From: Gemmatimonadales bacterium
GTDB lineage: Bacteria > Gemmatimonadota > Gemmatimonadetes > Gemmatimonadales > GWC2-71-9
Direction of reading: 5' to 3'
Assembly: GCA_037916975.1 (NCBI GenBank)
Contig: JBAIWX010000030.1
Location: forward strand, 1,330 to 65,329
DNA length: 64,000 nt
Positions 25,446 to 35,179 of this stretch are shown here, piece by piece. The position numbers and the translations under genes are program-made. The first letter of the stretch is position 1; each line of letters opens with the position of its first letter. The notes beneath the pieces are model-generated. The model had not been told where the DNA came from. It ran no database searches and was given only the letters and a program-made list of their open reading frames with translations.

Positions 25446-26785
25446 CGGCGGATCTCCTTCATCCGGCCCTTGGCACCGCGGCTCGTAAACTTGAGGCGCA
25501 CCGGGGCGCCGAGGAACGCCCACGCCTCGCGGAAGCCGTTCAGGAGGTACCGCTCGTAGTCGGCCGGCACGTCGGTCGGCCGGTTGGAGACGATGGCGAA
25601 CGCCGGCGGCTCCGTGCCGATCTGCGAGGCGTAGAGGAGGCGGACTTCCTCCCCGGGCTTCTGGGGCGGCGCATTCCGGTCGATGAGGGCCTCGAGCACG
25701 CGGTTGACCTCCGCGGTCGGGATGCGCTTGGCGCGCTCCTCGGCCACCTCGAGGATCGTGTCGAGCACCTTGCGGGCGCGCTGGCCGGTCACGGCGGAGA
25801 CGTACACGAACGGCACGTGCGCGAGGAAGGGGACGCGTTCGACGATCTCCTTCTGCCCGCGCACGGCGGTGTTGGCGTCCTTCTCCTCCACCAGGTCCCA
25901 CTTGTTCACCACCACCACGAGCCCGCAGCCCCGGTCCCAGGCCTCCGTGGCGATGCGGAAGTCCTGCACGTGCATGCCCGCCGCGGCATCCACGACCAGC
26001 ACGCAGATGTCGGCGCGCTCGATCGCGCGCTCGGTGCGGAGTGTCGAGTAGAACTCGAGGTCCTCGTCCACCTTCGCCCGCTTCCGGAGGCCGGCGGTGT
26101 CGATGAAGGTGAGCAGGCGCCCGTGGTGGCGGAGCGGCGAGTCGATCGCGTCGCGGGTCGTGCCGGCCACCGGCGAGACGACGTGCCGCTCCTCGCCCAG
26201 GAGCCGGTTGATGAGCGACGACTTCCCCACGTTGGGGCGCCCGACCACCGCCACCTGGATCCCCTGCTCGGCCTCGTCGGGCGCCGGCGGCGGGAACATG
26301 GCGACGAGCCGGTCGAGGAGGTCGCCGCTCCCCTTGCCGACGCCGGCGGACACCCCCGCGGGGTCGCCGAAGCCCAGGGCGTAGAACTCGTACTGCGCGG
26401 TGTCGGACTCGAGGTTGTCGAGCTTGTTCACCGCGAGGAGCACGGGCCGCCCGGCGCTCCGGAGCCGCCCAGCCACCCCCTGGTCGAGCGGGTGGATGCC
26501 CTCGCGGCCGTCCACCACGAAGAGCACCACGTCCGCTTCCGCGAGCGCGAACTCGACCTGCCGCGCGATCGCGCGGTCCATCGGCTCGTCGGAGCCGGGG
26601 ACGAGGCCGCCGGTGTCCACCAGCCAGAAGTGCCGGCCCCCCCAGGCCGCGTCGGCGAAGTGGCGGTCGCGCGTGGTGCCGGGTTCCGGGGAGACGATCG
26701 CGCGCCGGCCGCCCACGATGCGGTTGAAGAGCGTGGACTTGCCGACGTTCGGCCGTCCCACGATCGCGACGGTGGGCTTGCTCAC
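25442..26785 (-). CDS. der: Ribosome-associated GTPase Der/EngA (two GTPase domains + KH)
   Basis: Two G1 motifs, GRPNVGKST and GRPNVGKSS, plus DTGG/DTAG and NKLD/NKWD. Confidence 0.95.
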   Translation of the reverse strand: MSKPTVAIVGRPNVGKSTLFNRIVGGRRAIVSPEPGTTRDRHFADAAWGGRHFWLVDTGGLVPGSDEPMDRAIARQVEFALAEADVVLFVVDGREGIHPLDQGVAGRLRSAGRPVLLAVNKLDNLESDTAQYEFYALGFGDPAGVSAGVGKGSGDLLDRLVAMFPPPAPDEAEQGIQVAVVGRPNVGKSSLINRLLGEERHVVSPVAGTTRDAIDSPLRHHGRLLTFIDTAGLRKRAKVDEDLEFYSTLRTERAIERADICVLVVDAAAGMHVQDFRIATEAWDRGCGLVVVVNKWDLVEEKDANTAVRGQKEIVERVPFLAHVPFVYVSAVTGQRARKVLDTILEVAEERAKRIPTAEVNRVLEALIDRNAPPQKPGEEVRLLYASQIGTEPPAFAIVSNRPTDVPADYERYLLNGFREAWAFLGAPVRLKFTSRGAKGRMKEIRR

Positions 26786-28059
26786 GCCGCCACCTCCTCG
26801 GCGAGGGCGTCGGTGAAGGTCTTCGAGAAGCGGAGCTCCATCGGCACGGCGGCCTGCACCCGCTCGGCGCTCACGCTGTCGATGAAGAGGCCGTCATCGT
26901 TGAGCGCCTCGCCCGGCAGGAGGGCCAGGTCGAGGTCCGCCCGCAGCCGGAGCGCCGCCTCGACGGCGGAGCCCGGCAGGAGCCCCGCGGTGGTCACCGA
27001 GGGGCCGAAGAGGGTGTTCTCGACCGGCAGCAGCTCGAAGGTGGCCCCCGTCGCCTCGGCGAGGGGCGCGAGCACCTGGGGCATGAGGCGCGCCATCGCC
27101 GTGCCCGTCACGACGCCGATCCGCTTGCCCCGCCAGCCGGCGAGCCCCTCGCGCCCCTCGGCGATCGCGTGCTGCAGCCAGCGCACCGCGCCCACCCCGT
27201 TCTCGACCTGCTGGAAGCCGTCGTACGTCGCGGCGTCCGGCAGCTCGAGCCCGGCGCGCAGGTACAGCTCGTCGGCCCCGAACGCCCACGAGACGCCCCG
27301 TTCCGCGCGGGCGCGGCGCTGCCAGCGCTCGATCCGCTCGACCGTGTCCCGGCACTCCGCCTCGCTCGGTTCCCGCACGAGGTGACGCTTGCTGAACTCG
27401 GTCAGCGCCACCGGCACCACCGAGCAGCCGAGGACGGCGGGGCCGAACGCGTAGAGGTCCTCGAGCGTGCGGTCGAGCACGGCGCCGTCGTTCACCCCGG
27501 GCGCCATCACCACCTGGGTGTGGAATTCGATCCCGTGCGCCGCGAACTCCCGCATCTGCGCGAGCACGTCGGGGGCAGTCGGGTTCCGGAGGAAGTAGCG
27601 GCGGATCACCGGGTCGGTCGCGTGGACCGAGACGTAGAGCGGGGAGAGCCGGTACTCGATGATCCGCGCCACGTCCCTCGGCTTCAGGTTCGTGAGCGTG
27701 GCGAAGTTCCCGTAGCGGAAGCTGAGGCGGTAATCGTCGTCCCGGATGTAGAGCGCCTCGCGGAGCCCCTGGGGGTTTCCGTCCACGAAGCAGAAGTCGC
27801 ACCGGTTGGCACAGCGCCGGATCCGCGGGGGCTCGAGCGTGACCCCGAGCGGCTCCTCGAGCGGCCGCTCGATCTCGATCTCGAGCTCGGTGCCGTCGGG
27901 CTGCCGCACGTGCAGGGTGAACTCCTCCTCGGCGGTGAGGAACTCCCAGTCGAGGAAGTCGTCGAGCACCCGGCCGTTGACCGTCATCAATTCGGTTCCC
28001 GGCACGAGGCCCAGCTCGTCGGCAATCGAGCCGGGCTCGACGGCAGTCACACGGATCAT
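26782..28059 (-). CDS. PDZ + radical-SAM-like protein of the DUF512 type
   Basis: N-terminal PDZ-like segment VEPGSIADELGLVPGTELMTVNG and a CxxxCxxC cluster (CANRCDFC). ATG at 28059. Confidence 0.72.
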   Translation of the reverse strand: MIRVTAVEPGSIADELGLVPGTELMTVNGRVLDDFLDWEFLTAEEEFTLHVRQPDGTELEIEIERPLEEPLGVTLEPPRIRRCANRCDFCFVDGNPQGLREALYIRDDDYRLSFRYGNFATLTNLKPRDVARIIEYRLSPLYVSVHATDPVIRRYFLRNPTAPDVLAQMREFAAHGIEFHTQVVMAPGVNDGAVLDRTLEDLYAFGPAVLGCSVVPVALTEFSKRHLVREPSEAECRDTVERIERWQRRARAERGVSWAFGADELYLRAGLELPDAATYDGFQQVENGVGAVRWLQHAIAEGREGLAGWRGKRIGVVTGTAMARLMPQVLAPLAEATGATFELLPVENTLFGPSVTTAGLLPGSAVEAALRLRADLDLALLPGEALNDDGLFIDSVSAERVQAAVPMELRFSKTFTDALAEEVAA

Positions 28060-28438
28060 CGGCAGCCTTGGTCCTGGATGCGGGCCGGCCCGGTCGCCCC
28101 CATGGCACCGAGCCGGAGCCAATATGGGTGCGCGTCGCCCTAAATACAAGGCGCGCAAGTGGTTCTGCTGTCTCTGCTCACCTCGTTTGTCAGGCCGGCA
28201 GGCCGGGGGCTCAAGGACCTACGTACCGGAACCGATACTGAAGGCCGGGAAGGCTGTGTGCCGGCCTGTCGCCGGCGCGCGCGCACGGACGCGCGCGGCT
28301 CGCTGCTGCCCGTCGCGCGGGCAGCTCCGCCCCGCGAGGAGCGGGGGCAAGCCCGGCCTGGCGCCCCTGACCGGAGTGAGCGTGGTCGCACCCCCGAACA
28401 TCCCCGTCCCCGGCCCGGGTCACCGGCCGCACGGGGCG

Positions 28439-31279
28439 ATGCTGGCTGGCTTCGCCAAGGTCGCGCTCGCCGTGGCCGACCTGCCCACCCTTTGGCGGGA
28501 GGCGACGCGGGCGCTGGCGCTCACCCTCGAGGCGCCGAAGGCCTGTGCGCTCGAGTTGCAGGGCGACGGCTCGCTCCTGGTGCGGGCCGCCCACGGGTGG
28601 CCGCCGTCGACGGTGGCGTACCGGGAGCGCCCGCGCCCCGGCAGCCACCACCGGGCGGTCCTCGACGGGCTCGAACCGAGCGTGGCGGCCGTGGACCCGT
28701 CGGATCCCGCGTGCTGTCCCCTGCTCTTCCAGAGCGACGTCCGTCAGGTGGCGAGCGTCGCGGTGCCCGGGCACGGCGGCGCCCTCGGCGTGGTGAGCGT
28801 GCAGTACGTGACGCCGACCCCCTTCGGCGCCCCGGACCTCCAGTTCCTGCAGGCGATGGCCGGGCTGCTGGGTGCCGCGGTCGAGCGGATGCGGGCCATG
28901 GTGGAGACGGAGGAGCGGGAGCGCCGCCTGCAGGCGGTCCTCGACAACGTCGCCGACGCGATCGTGACCTTCGACGACCGGGGCGCGGTGGTCGGGTTCA
29001 ACCGCGCGGCGGAGGCGATCTTCGGGTTCGAGGCCTGGTCGGCGGTCGGGCAGCCGGTGGCGATGCTGCTCGCCGAGGCGCCCGCGGCCCCGGGCCAGCT
29101 GCCCCCGGTGCTGGAGCGGGCACGGCTCGAGCGCCGCGGGGTGACCCAGGAGACGACCGGCCGGCGCGCCACGGGCGAGGAGTTCCCGATGGAGCTCACG
29201 CTCTCCGAGGTGCGCCTGCCGGACCGGGGCCTCTGGGTGGCGCTCCTGCGGGACATCACGGCGCGCAAGCAGGCCGAGCTCGCGGTGCGCGCCGCCTGTG
29301 ACGCGGCCGTCGCCGCCGCGCGCCACAAGAGCGAGTTCCTCGCCACGATGAGCCACGAGATCCGCACGCCGATGAACGGGATGATCGGCATGGCGGGCCT
29401 CCTCCTCGAGACGCCGCTCACCCCGGAGCAGCGGCAGATGGCGGAGATGATCCGCACCTCGGGCGACTCGCTCCTCGGCATCGTGAACGACATCCTCGAC
29501 TTCTCGAAGATCGAGGCGGGCCGCCTCGCGCTCGAGAACGTCTCCTTCGACGTGCTCGAGGTCACCGAACAGGTGGTCGGGCTCCTCTCGCCGCAGGCGA
29601 GCGCCCGGGGGCTCGTCTTCGGCGCCGCCATCGCGCCCGACGTGCCGCGCCTCGTGATGGGCGACCCGGGCCGCTACTCGCAGGTCCTCACGAACCTGAT
29701 CGGCAACGCGCTCAAGTTCACGGCGGCGGGCGAGGTGACGGTGCACGTGGCGCTCGCGCGCGGCTTCGACGGCCGTTCGCGGCTCCGGGTCGAGGTCCGG
29801 GACACCGGCCTCGGCATCGCGCCGGAGGCCCAGCAGCGCATCTTCGAGCCGTTCGTGCAGGCGGAGCAGTCCACGACACGCCGCTTCGGGGGCACCGGGC
29901 TCGGGCTGGCGATCTCCCGGCAGCTCGTCGAGCTGATGGGCGGCTCGATGGGCTTGCACAGCGCCCCGGGCCGCGGCTCGACATTCTGGTTCTCGATCCC
30001 GCTCGTCCAGCCGTCGGAACACGTGCCGACGACCGCGAGCGGGTCCCCGCTTGCCGGCCGGCGGGTGCTCGTCCTCGGCCCGGACGCGGGCCACCGCCGG
30101 CTGCTCGCGATGCAGCTCGCCGGCGCTTCCGCCGAGGTGGTGGAGGCGGACGGCCTCGAGGCGCTCGCGGCCCAGCCGCCCCGCCCGGTGGACGTCGCGC
30201 TCCTCGACTTCCCCACCCCGGCGGCCGGCCTCGCCGCCGCGCGGGCGCTCCGGGAGGGGCCGCTCCATCCGCGGGTCCACTGCGCGATCGTGGTCCCGCT
30301 CGGCGAGGCGCCACCGCCCGACCTGCTCGCGGAGGTGGGCGTGACGACCACCGTGCGGCGCCCCGTCGCGCAGAGCGAACTGCTGCGGCAGCTGGCGGCG
30401 GCGCTGCACGGCCTCGCCGCCTCGCCCCGGGAGGGGCGCGGGGCGCGCGTCGCGCCGCTCCCCGGGAAGCCGCGCATCCTCGTCGCCGAGGACAACGCGA
30501 CGAACCAGAAGGTCGTCGTCGCGATGCTCGAGCTGCTCGGCTGCCGCTGCGACGTGGTGGCGGATGGCCGGGAGGCCGTCGAGGCGACCGGCCGCGTCGC
30601 GTACGACGCGGTGCTCATGGACTGCCAGATGCCCGAGGTCGATGGCTATGCCGCGACCCGGGCCATCCGGGAGCGCGAGGCCCGGACGGGCGGACGCACG
30701 CTCGTCATCGCGCTCACCGCGAACGCGCTCGCCGGGGACCGCGAGAAGTGCCTGGGGGCCGGGATGGACGACTACCTCGTGAAGCCGATCTCGGTGCAGC
30801 AGCTGGGCGAGATGCTGCACCACTGGCTCGGCGGGCACGTCGCCGCTCCCGAGGGCGAGCGCGGGCGGGTCGCCGTCGCCGCGCCACCGGTCGTCGCGCT
30901 CGACCGCATCGAGTCGCTCCGCGAGGTGCACGCGATGGGCGGCCCGGACCTGGTGCGCGAGATGGTCGTCGACTTCGTGCGGGACATGCCGGCCCGCCTC
31001 GCCGAGCTCGCGGCGGCGGCCGGCGATCCGTCTGCCGCGGCGCGTCTCGCGCACATGCTCAAGAGCGTGAGCGGCAACGTCGGCGCGGCGCGCGTCGCCG
31101 CGGCGCTCGAGGAGGCGGAGGCCGCCGGTCGCGAGGGCCGGACGGATGCGCTCGCCCGCGCGGTGCAGGCCGCGTGCGCCGCCTACGACGACTGCCGGCC
31201 GGTCCTGCGCGGGCTCGCGGGGCTCGGCCCCGACGAGGCGGCCGTCACGGTCGAGGGGAGGGCCGCGACATGTGGGTGA
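28439..31279 (+). CDS. Hybrid sensor histidine kinase (GAF-PAS-HisKA-HATPase-REC-like-REC-HPt)
   Basis: H-box SHEIRTPMNG, N/G boxes NLIGNALKF and GTGLGLAIS, receiver ILVAEDNATNQ...LMDCQMPEVDG...KP, HPt AHMLKSVSGNVGA. The start could also be GTG at 28376. Confidence 0.88.
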   Translation: MLAGFAKVALAVADLPTLWREATRALALTLEAPKACALELQGDGSLLVRAAHGWPPSTVAYRERPRPGSHHRAVLDGLEPSVAAVDPSDPACCPLLFQSDVRQVASVAVPGHGGALGVVSVQYVTPTPFGAPDLQFLQAMAGLLGAAVERMRAMVETEERERRLQAVLDNVADAIVTFDDRGAVVGFNRAAEAIFGFEAWSAVGQPVAMLLAEAPAAPGQLPPVLERARLERRGVTQETTGRRATGEEFPMELTLSEVRLPDRGLWVALLRDITARKQAELAVRAACDAAVAAARHKSEFLATMSHEIRTPMNGMIGMAGLLLETPLTPEQRQMAEMIRTSGDSLLGIVNDILDFSKIEAGRLALENVSFDVLEVTEQVVGLLSPQASARGLVFGAAIAPDVPRLVMGDPGRYSQVLTNLIGNALKFTAAGEVTVHVALARGFDGRSRLRVEVRDTGLGIAPEAQQRIFEPFVQAEQSTTRRFGGTGLGLAISRQLVELMGGSMGLHSAPGRGSTFWFSIPLVQPSEHVPTTASGSPLAGRRVLVLGPDAGHRRLLAMQLAGASAEVVEADGLEALAAQPPRPVDVALLDFPTPAAGLAAARALREGPLHPRVHCAIVVPLGEAPPPDLLAEVGVTTTVRRPVAQSELLRQLAAALHGLAASPREGRGARVAPLPGKPRILVAEDNATNQKVVVAMLELLGCRCDVVADGREAVEATGRVAYDAVLMDCQMPEVDGYAATRAIREREARTGGRTLVIALTANALAGDREKCLGAGMDDYLVKPISVQQLGEMLHHWLGGHVAAPEGERGRVAVAAPPVVALDRIESLREVHAMGGPDLVREMVVDFVRDMPARLAELAAAAGDPSAAARLAHMLKSVSGNVGAARVAAALEEAEAAGREGRTDALARAVQAACAAYDDCRPVLRGLAGLGPDEAAVTVEGRAATCG

Positions 31280-31596
31280 CCTTCGACGAGCTCGCGCCGG
31301 GCATGGTGCTGGCCGGGGAGGTGCGCGACGCCCGCGGCATGCTGCTCGTCCCGGTGGGCGCCGCGCTGTCCGAGCGGCACCTCCGCGTCATGGAGCTCGC
31401 CGGCCTCGCCGGCGCGGAAGTCGAGGCCCCTGCGGGCGACGCCGAGGACGAGGCCGAGGCGCGCGCCCGGCTCGAGGCCGTGACGGCCGCGCTGGCGCCC
31501 CTCTTCGCGGAGGCCGACCGCTCGCATCCGCTCGTCGGCGCCCTGTTCGACTGGTGCGTGCGCCGCCAGCTGCGTACGGGAGGGGCTGCCGCATGA
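31270..31596 (+). CDS. Hypothetical small protein (108 aa), translationally coupled between the kinase and the HDOD gene
   Basis: ATG at 31270 overlaps the kinase end by 10 nt, and its stop overlaps the HDOD start (ATGA). G/C-rich third positions. Confidence 0.5.
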   Translation: MWVTFDELAPGMVLAGEVRDARGMLLVPVGAALSERHLRVMELAGLAGAEVEAPAGDAEDEAEARARLEAVTAALAPLFAEADRSHPLVGALFDWCVRRQLRTGGAAA

Positions 31597-32450
31597 CCGC
31601 CGTGGCCGTCTCGACGCTCGTGGACGGGATGTCCGGCGTGGCGACCCTCCCGGCCGTCTACTTCCGCCTCACCGCCGTCGCCGCGGACCCGCACGCCTCG
31701 GCCGAGACCTTCGCGCGCGTCGTCGCCGACGATCCCGGCCTCACGTCGCGCCTGCTGCGCCTCGTCAACAGCCCGCTCTTCGGCGCGGGGAAGCGCATTG
31801 CGACCGTGCCCGAGGCGATCCTGCTCGTCGGCACGCAGCAGCTGCAGGACCTCGCCCTGGCGACGTCGGTGCTGCACCTCTTCCGCAACGTGCCGGCGGA
31901 GTTCGTGACGATGGAGGGGTTCTGGCGCCACAGCGTCGCGTGCGGGATCGCCGCCCGGCTGCTGGCGGCGCGGCGGCGGGAGCCCAACATCGAGCGCTTC
32001 TTCGTGGCGGGGCTGCTGCACGACATCGGCCGCCCGGTGCTCTACCTCCGGGAGCCGGACCTCGCGCGGCAGGTGTTCGAGTTCCGGCAGGCGCACGGAG
32101 GGATGCTGCGGGACGCCGAGCGGGCGGTGCTCGGTTTCGACCACACCAACATCGGGCTGGCGCTGCTCGACGCCTGGCGCATCCCGTCGGCGATCCAGGA
32201 GGCGGTGGCGTACCACCACATGCCGGTCCTGAACCAGCGCGTGCTGTTCGAGGCGGCCGTCGTCCACGTCGCGGACATCCTCGCGCACGCCCTCCAGTTC
32301 GGGACGAGCGGCGAGGTGCGCGTCCCCGCCCTGGTGCCGCGCGCGTGGGACGCGATCGGGCTGCCGGTCACGGTGGTGCCGGAGATCCTCGGCGAGCTCG
32401 AGCGCCAGTTCCACGGCGTCGTGCAGGCGATGCTCGCCGAGCACCAGTGA
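31593..32450 (+). CDS. HDOD domain signalling protein
   Basis: Motifs LPAVYFRL, DPGLTSRLLRLVNSPLFG, GLLHDIGR and HTNIGLALLDAWRIP are typical of HDOD. Confidence 0.85.
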   Translation: MTAVAVSTLVDGMSGVATLPAVYFRLTAVAADPHASAETFARVVADDPGLTSRLLRLVNSPLFGAGKRIATVPEAILLVGTQQLQDLALATSVLHLFRNVPAEFVTMEGFWRHSVACGIAARLLAARRREPNIERFFVAGLLHDIGRPVLYLREPDLARQVFEFRQAHGGMLRDAERAVLGFDHTNIGLALLDAWRIPSAIQEAVAYHHMPVLNQRVLFEAAVVHVADILAHALQFGTSGEVRVPALVPRAWDAIGLPVTVVPEILGELERQFHGVVQAMLAEHQ

Positions 32451-32473
32451 GGCGGCGTCCGCCGCCGCCTCAC
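32447..32473. terminator. GC-rich hairpin spanning both stop codons of convergent genes (possible bidirectional terminator)
   Basis: GTGAGGCGGCG loop TCCGC CGCCGCCTCAC, an 11-bp perfect stem. There is no T-tract on either side. Confidence 0.35.
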
Positions 32474-33165
32474 CCGATCAGGCGCGCCAGCCCGAACGCC
32501 GCGCCGGCCGCCAGCCCGCCGATCAGCGCGGTCTGCAGCGCGCTCCGCAGCGGGTGCGCACCGGTGTAGCGCCCCTTCACGTACCCGAACACCAGCAGCG
32601 CCACGAGCGTCACCACGACCGACGCCCCGAGCGCCCCGGCGACCGTGGGCAGCAGCATGTACGGCAGGAGCGGCACCAGCCCCCCGCCGATGTAGGCGAA
32701 CGCGATCGTGAGCGCGCTGCGGAGCGCCCGGGCGGGGTCCGGTTCCTCGAGCCCCAGCTCGAAGCGCATCATGAACTGCACCCAGGCCTCGGGCCGCTGC
32801 CGGAACGCCGCGATCACCGGCGCCACCGCCTCCCGCGAGAGCCCGTAGGCGCCGAGGATCTCCTCCACCTCCTCCACCTCGGCCTCGGTCTTCTCCACCA
32901 CCTCCCGGCGCTCCCGCGCGAGTTCGCTCCGGTAGTGCTCGGCGTCGCTCCGCGCCGCGAGGTAGCCGCCGAGGCCCATGGCGATGGACCCCGCCGCGAC
33001 CTCCGCGAGCCCCGCCGTCAGCACGATGCGGCTCGACGCCACCGCCCCGCTCAGGCCCGCCGCGAGCGCGAAGGGGACGGTGAGCCCGTCCGACATCCCG
33101 ATGACCACGTCCCGGAGCCGCTCGCTCCCGGTGAAGTGCTGCTCGATGTGCTCGACCGTCGGCAT
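32470..33165 (-). CDS. VIT1/CCC1 family iron/manganese transporter
   Basis: Motifs VIGMSDGLTVPFALAAGLSG and AGSIAMGLGGYLA, an acidic cytosolic helix (EKTEAEVEEVEE), and C-terminal TM helices. Confidence 0.85.
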   Translation of the reverse strand: MPTVEHIEQHFTGSERLRDVVIGMSDGLTVPFALAAGLSGAVASSRIVLTAGLAEVAAGSIAMGLGGYLAARSDAEHYRSELARERREVVEKTEAEVEEVEEILGAYGLSREAVAPVIAAFRQRPEAWVQFMMRFELGLEEPDPARALRSALTIAFAYIGGGLVPLLPYMLLPTVAGALGASVVVTLVALLVFGYVKGRYTGAHPLRSALQTALIGGLAAGAAFGLARLIG

Positions 33166-33185
33166 GCGTTCCTCCCCATTGACCT

Positions 33186-34127
33186 GTGCGGACCGTCGCC
33201 CAACTTCGGTGGGCACCCGCGGACCTGCCACTCCGACCCCGGATCCCGGACCTGTCCCAGCCCTCGCTCGTCGTCCTCGCCGCCGGCCTCGGCTCCCGCT
33301 TCGGCGGGCCGAAGCAGCTCGTCCCGGTGGGGCCCGCGGGCGAGACGCTCGCCGACTACGCCGTCCACGATGCCCGCCGGGCCGGCATCGGCCGGGTCGT
33401 GTTCGTCGTGCGGCCCGAGCACCGCGAAGTGGTCGAGGTCTCCGCCGCGCGCCGGGTGCGTGACCTCGAGGTCCGCGTGGCCGTCCAGCCACTGCCCGAG
33501 GGCGGCACGCGGCGGAAGCCGTGGGGCACCGGGCACGCCGTGCTGGCCGCCGCCCCGCACCTGCCGGGACCGTTCCTGGTCGCCAACGCGGACGACTTCT
33601 ACGGCGCCTCCGCCTACGCGGCCGTCGCCGACGCGCTCCGTGCCGGCGGGGCGGACGCGTGGGTCCTCGCCGGCTACCGCGTGCGCGACACGGTGCCGGA
33701 GTCGGGGGGCGTCTCCCGGGCGGCGTGTACGGTGGACGACAGGGGCCGCCTCATGGCGCTCTCCGAACTGCGGGACGTGCGGCGTGCCGGCGACGACCGG
33801 TTCACCGCCACCGGCCCGGGCGGCGTGCGCACCCTGCGCGGCGACGACCTCGTCTCGATGAACCTCTGGGGATTCACCCCGGCGGTCCTCGAGCGGCTCC
33901 GGTCGGGCTTCGAACGCTTCGTCGGGTCGGCTCCTGCCGATGACGCCGAGTACCTGCTGCCGGACGCCGTCGCCGACGCGCTCGCGGCTGGTGCCGCGCG
34001 CGTCCGCGTCGTCCCCGTCCCGGGACCGTGGGCTGGCCTCACCCACCCGGAGGACCTCCCGGTCGTCCGGCGCTTCCTCGCGGCGCGGGTCGCCGCCGGT
34101 GCCTACCCCTCGCCGCTCGCGCCGTGA
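33186..34127 (+). CDS. Sugar-phosphate nucleotidyltransferase (NTP_transferase family)
   Basis: Motifs LAAGLGSRFGGPKQL and KPWGTGHAVL. The start is uncertain: GTG at 33186 is the only ATG/GTG upstream of the G-loop. Confidence 0.75.
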   Translation: MRTVAQLRWAPADLPLRPRIPDLSQPSLVVLAAGLGSRFGGPKQLVPVGPAGETLADYAVHDARRAGIGRVVFVVRPEHREVVEVSAARRVRDLEVRVAVQPLPEGGTRRKPWGTGHAVLAAAPHLPGPFLVANADDFYGASAYAAVADALRAGGADAWVLAGYRVRDTVPESGGVSRAACTVDDRGRLMALSELRDVRRAGDDRFTATGPGGVRTLRGDDLVSMNLWGFTPAVLERLRSGFERFVGSAPADDAEYLLPDAVADALAAGAARVRVVPVPGPWAGLTHPEDLPVVRRFLAARVAAGAYPSPLAP

Positions 34128-35179
34128 CCGCCGCCGATCCCGCGCTCGTCCTTGACCGTTTTCCCTGGCCGGCCCCGGTCCGCTCGGTGCAGCCGCTGGA
34201 AGGCGGCCACATCAACGCGACGTGGATCGTCGAGGCCGGGCCACGCTGGGTACTCCAGCGCATCAACGAGCGCGTCTTTCCCGACCCGGTGGCGGTCATG
34301 CGCAACGTCGCGGCGCTGCTCGCGTGGCATGCGCGGGCGTCCCGGAGCGGCATCGTGCTGCCCCGGCTGCTCGCCACGCGCGATGGTGCGGCGTGGGTGG
34401 AGGACCGGATGCGGGGGGTCTGGCGCTGCTGGGCGTTCGAGGAAGGCACCGTCTCGCGCACCGAGGTGGATGGCCCCGGCACGGCCCGGGAGGCGGGGCG
34501 CGCGTTCGGGGGCTTCCTCGCGGCCGTCGCGGGCTACGACGGGCCCCCGCTCGCCGAGACGATTCCCGGGTTCCACGATACGCCGGCGCGACTGCGCGTG
34601 CTCGCGTCGGTCGCTGCCGCGGACCCGGTGGGCCGGACCGCGGGGGCCCGGGCCGAGCTCGCGGCGGTGGCCGCGCGTGCGCACCTCGCCGACCGCCTCA
34701 CGGGCCCCCTCGCCGCAGGCGTCCTCCCCCGCCGCGTCGTGCACAACGACGCCAAGGTGGCCAACGTCCTCTTCGACGCCGGTGACGGCCGCGCCCGCGC
34801 GGTGCTCGACCTCGACACCGTGATGCCGGGCACCGCGCTCTGGGACGTCGGGGACCTGCTCCGCTCGTCCGCGAGCCGGGCCGCGGAGGATGCCGACCCG
34901 CGCGACGTGCACGCGGAACCGGCCCTCGTCGAGGCGGTGCTCGCCGGGTGGCTCGAGGGGGCGGGTGCCGCGGTGGTGCCGGCGGAACGCGAGCGACTCC
35001 TGCTCGCCGGCCGCGTGATCACGCTCGAGCAGGCGGCGCGCTTCCTCGCCGATCACCTCGCCGGCGACCGCTACTACGCGGTGCGCGAGCCCGGGCACAA
35101 CCTCCGCCGCGCCCGCACCCAGCTCGCCCTGCTCGCCTCCTTCGAGGCGCAGGCGGGCGACCTGGCGCGCCTCGGCTAG
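34124..35179 (+). CDS. Phosphotransferase of the APH/choline-kinase fold (sugar 1-kinase-like)
   Basis: Motifs GGHINATWIV, VLQRINERVFPDP, catalytic VVHNDAKVANVLF and LDLDTV. GTGA overlap with the nucleotidyltransferase. Confidence 0.75.
   Translation: MTAADPALVLDRFPWPAPVRSVQPLEGGHINATWIVEAGPRWVLQRINERVFPDPVAVMRNVAALLAWHARASRSGIVLPRLLATRDGAAWVEDRMRGVWRCWAFEEGTVSRTEVDGPGTAREAGRAFGGFLAAVAGYDGPPLAETIPGFHDTPARLRVLASVAAADPVGRTAGARAELAAVAARAHLADRLTGPLAAGVLPRRVVHNDAKVANVLFDAGDGRARAVLDLDTVMPGTALWDVGDLLRSSASRAAEDADPRDVHAEPALVEAVLAGWLEGAGAAVVPAERERLLLAGRVITLEQAARFLADHLAGDRYYAVREPGHNLRRARTQLALLASFEAQAGDLARLG

Noticed and set aside
28103-28120. TGGCAC in the kinase/DUF512 divergent intergenic region, considered as a sigma-54 -24 element.
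   Set aside because: The sequence 5 nt downstream is CGGAG, not TTGC(A/T), so no -12 element exists at the correct spacing. It also lies ~330 nt from the kinase start.
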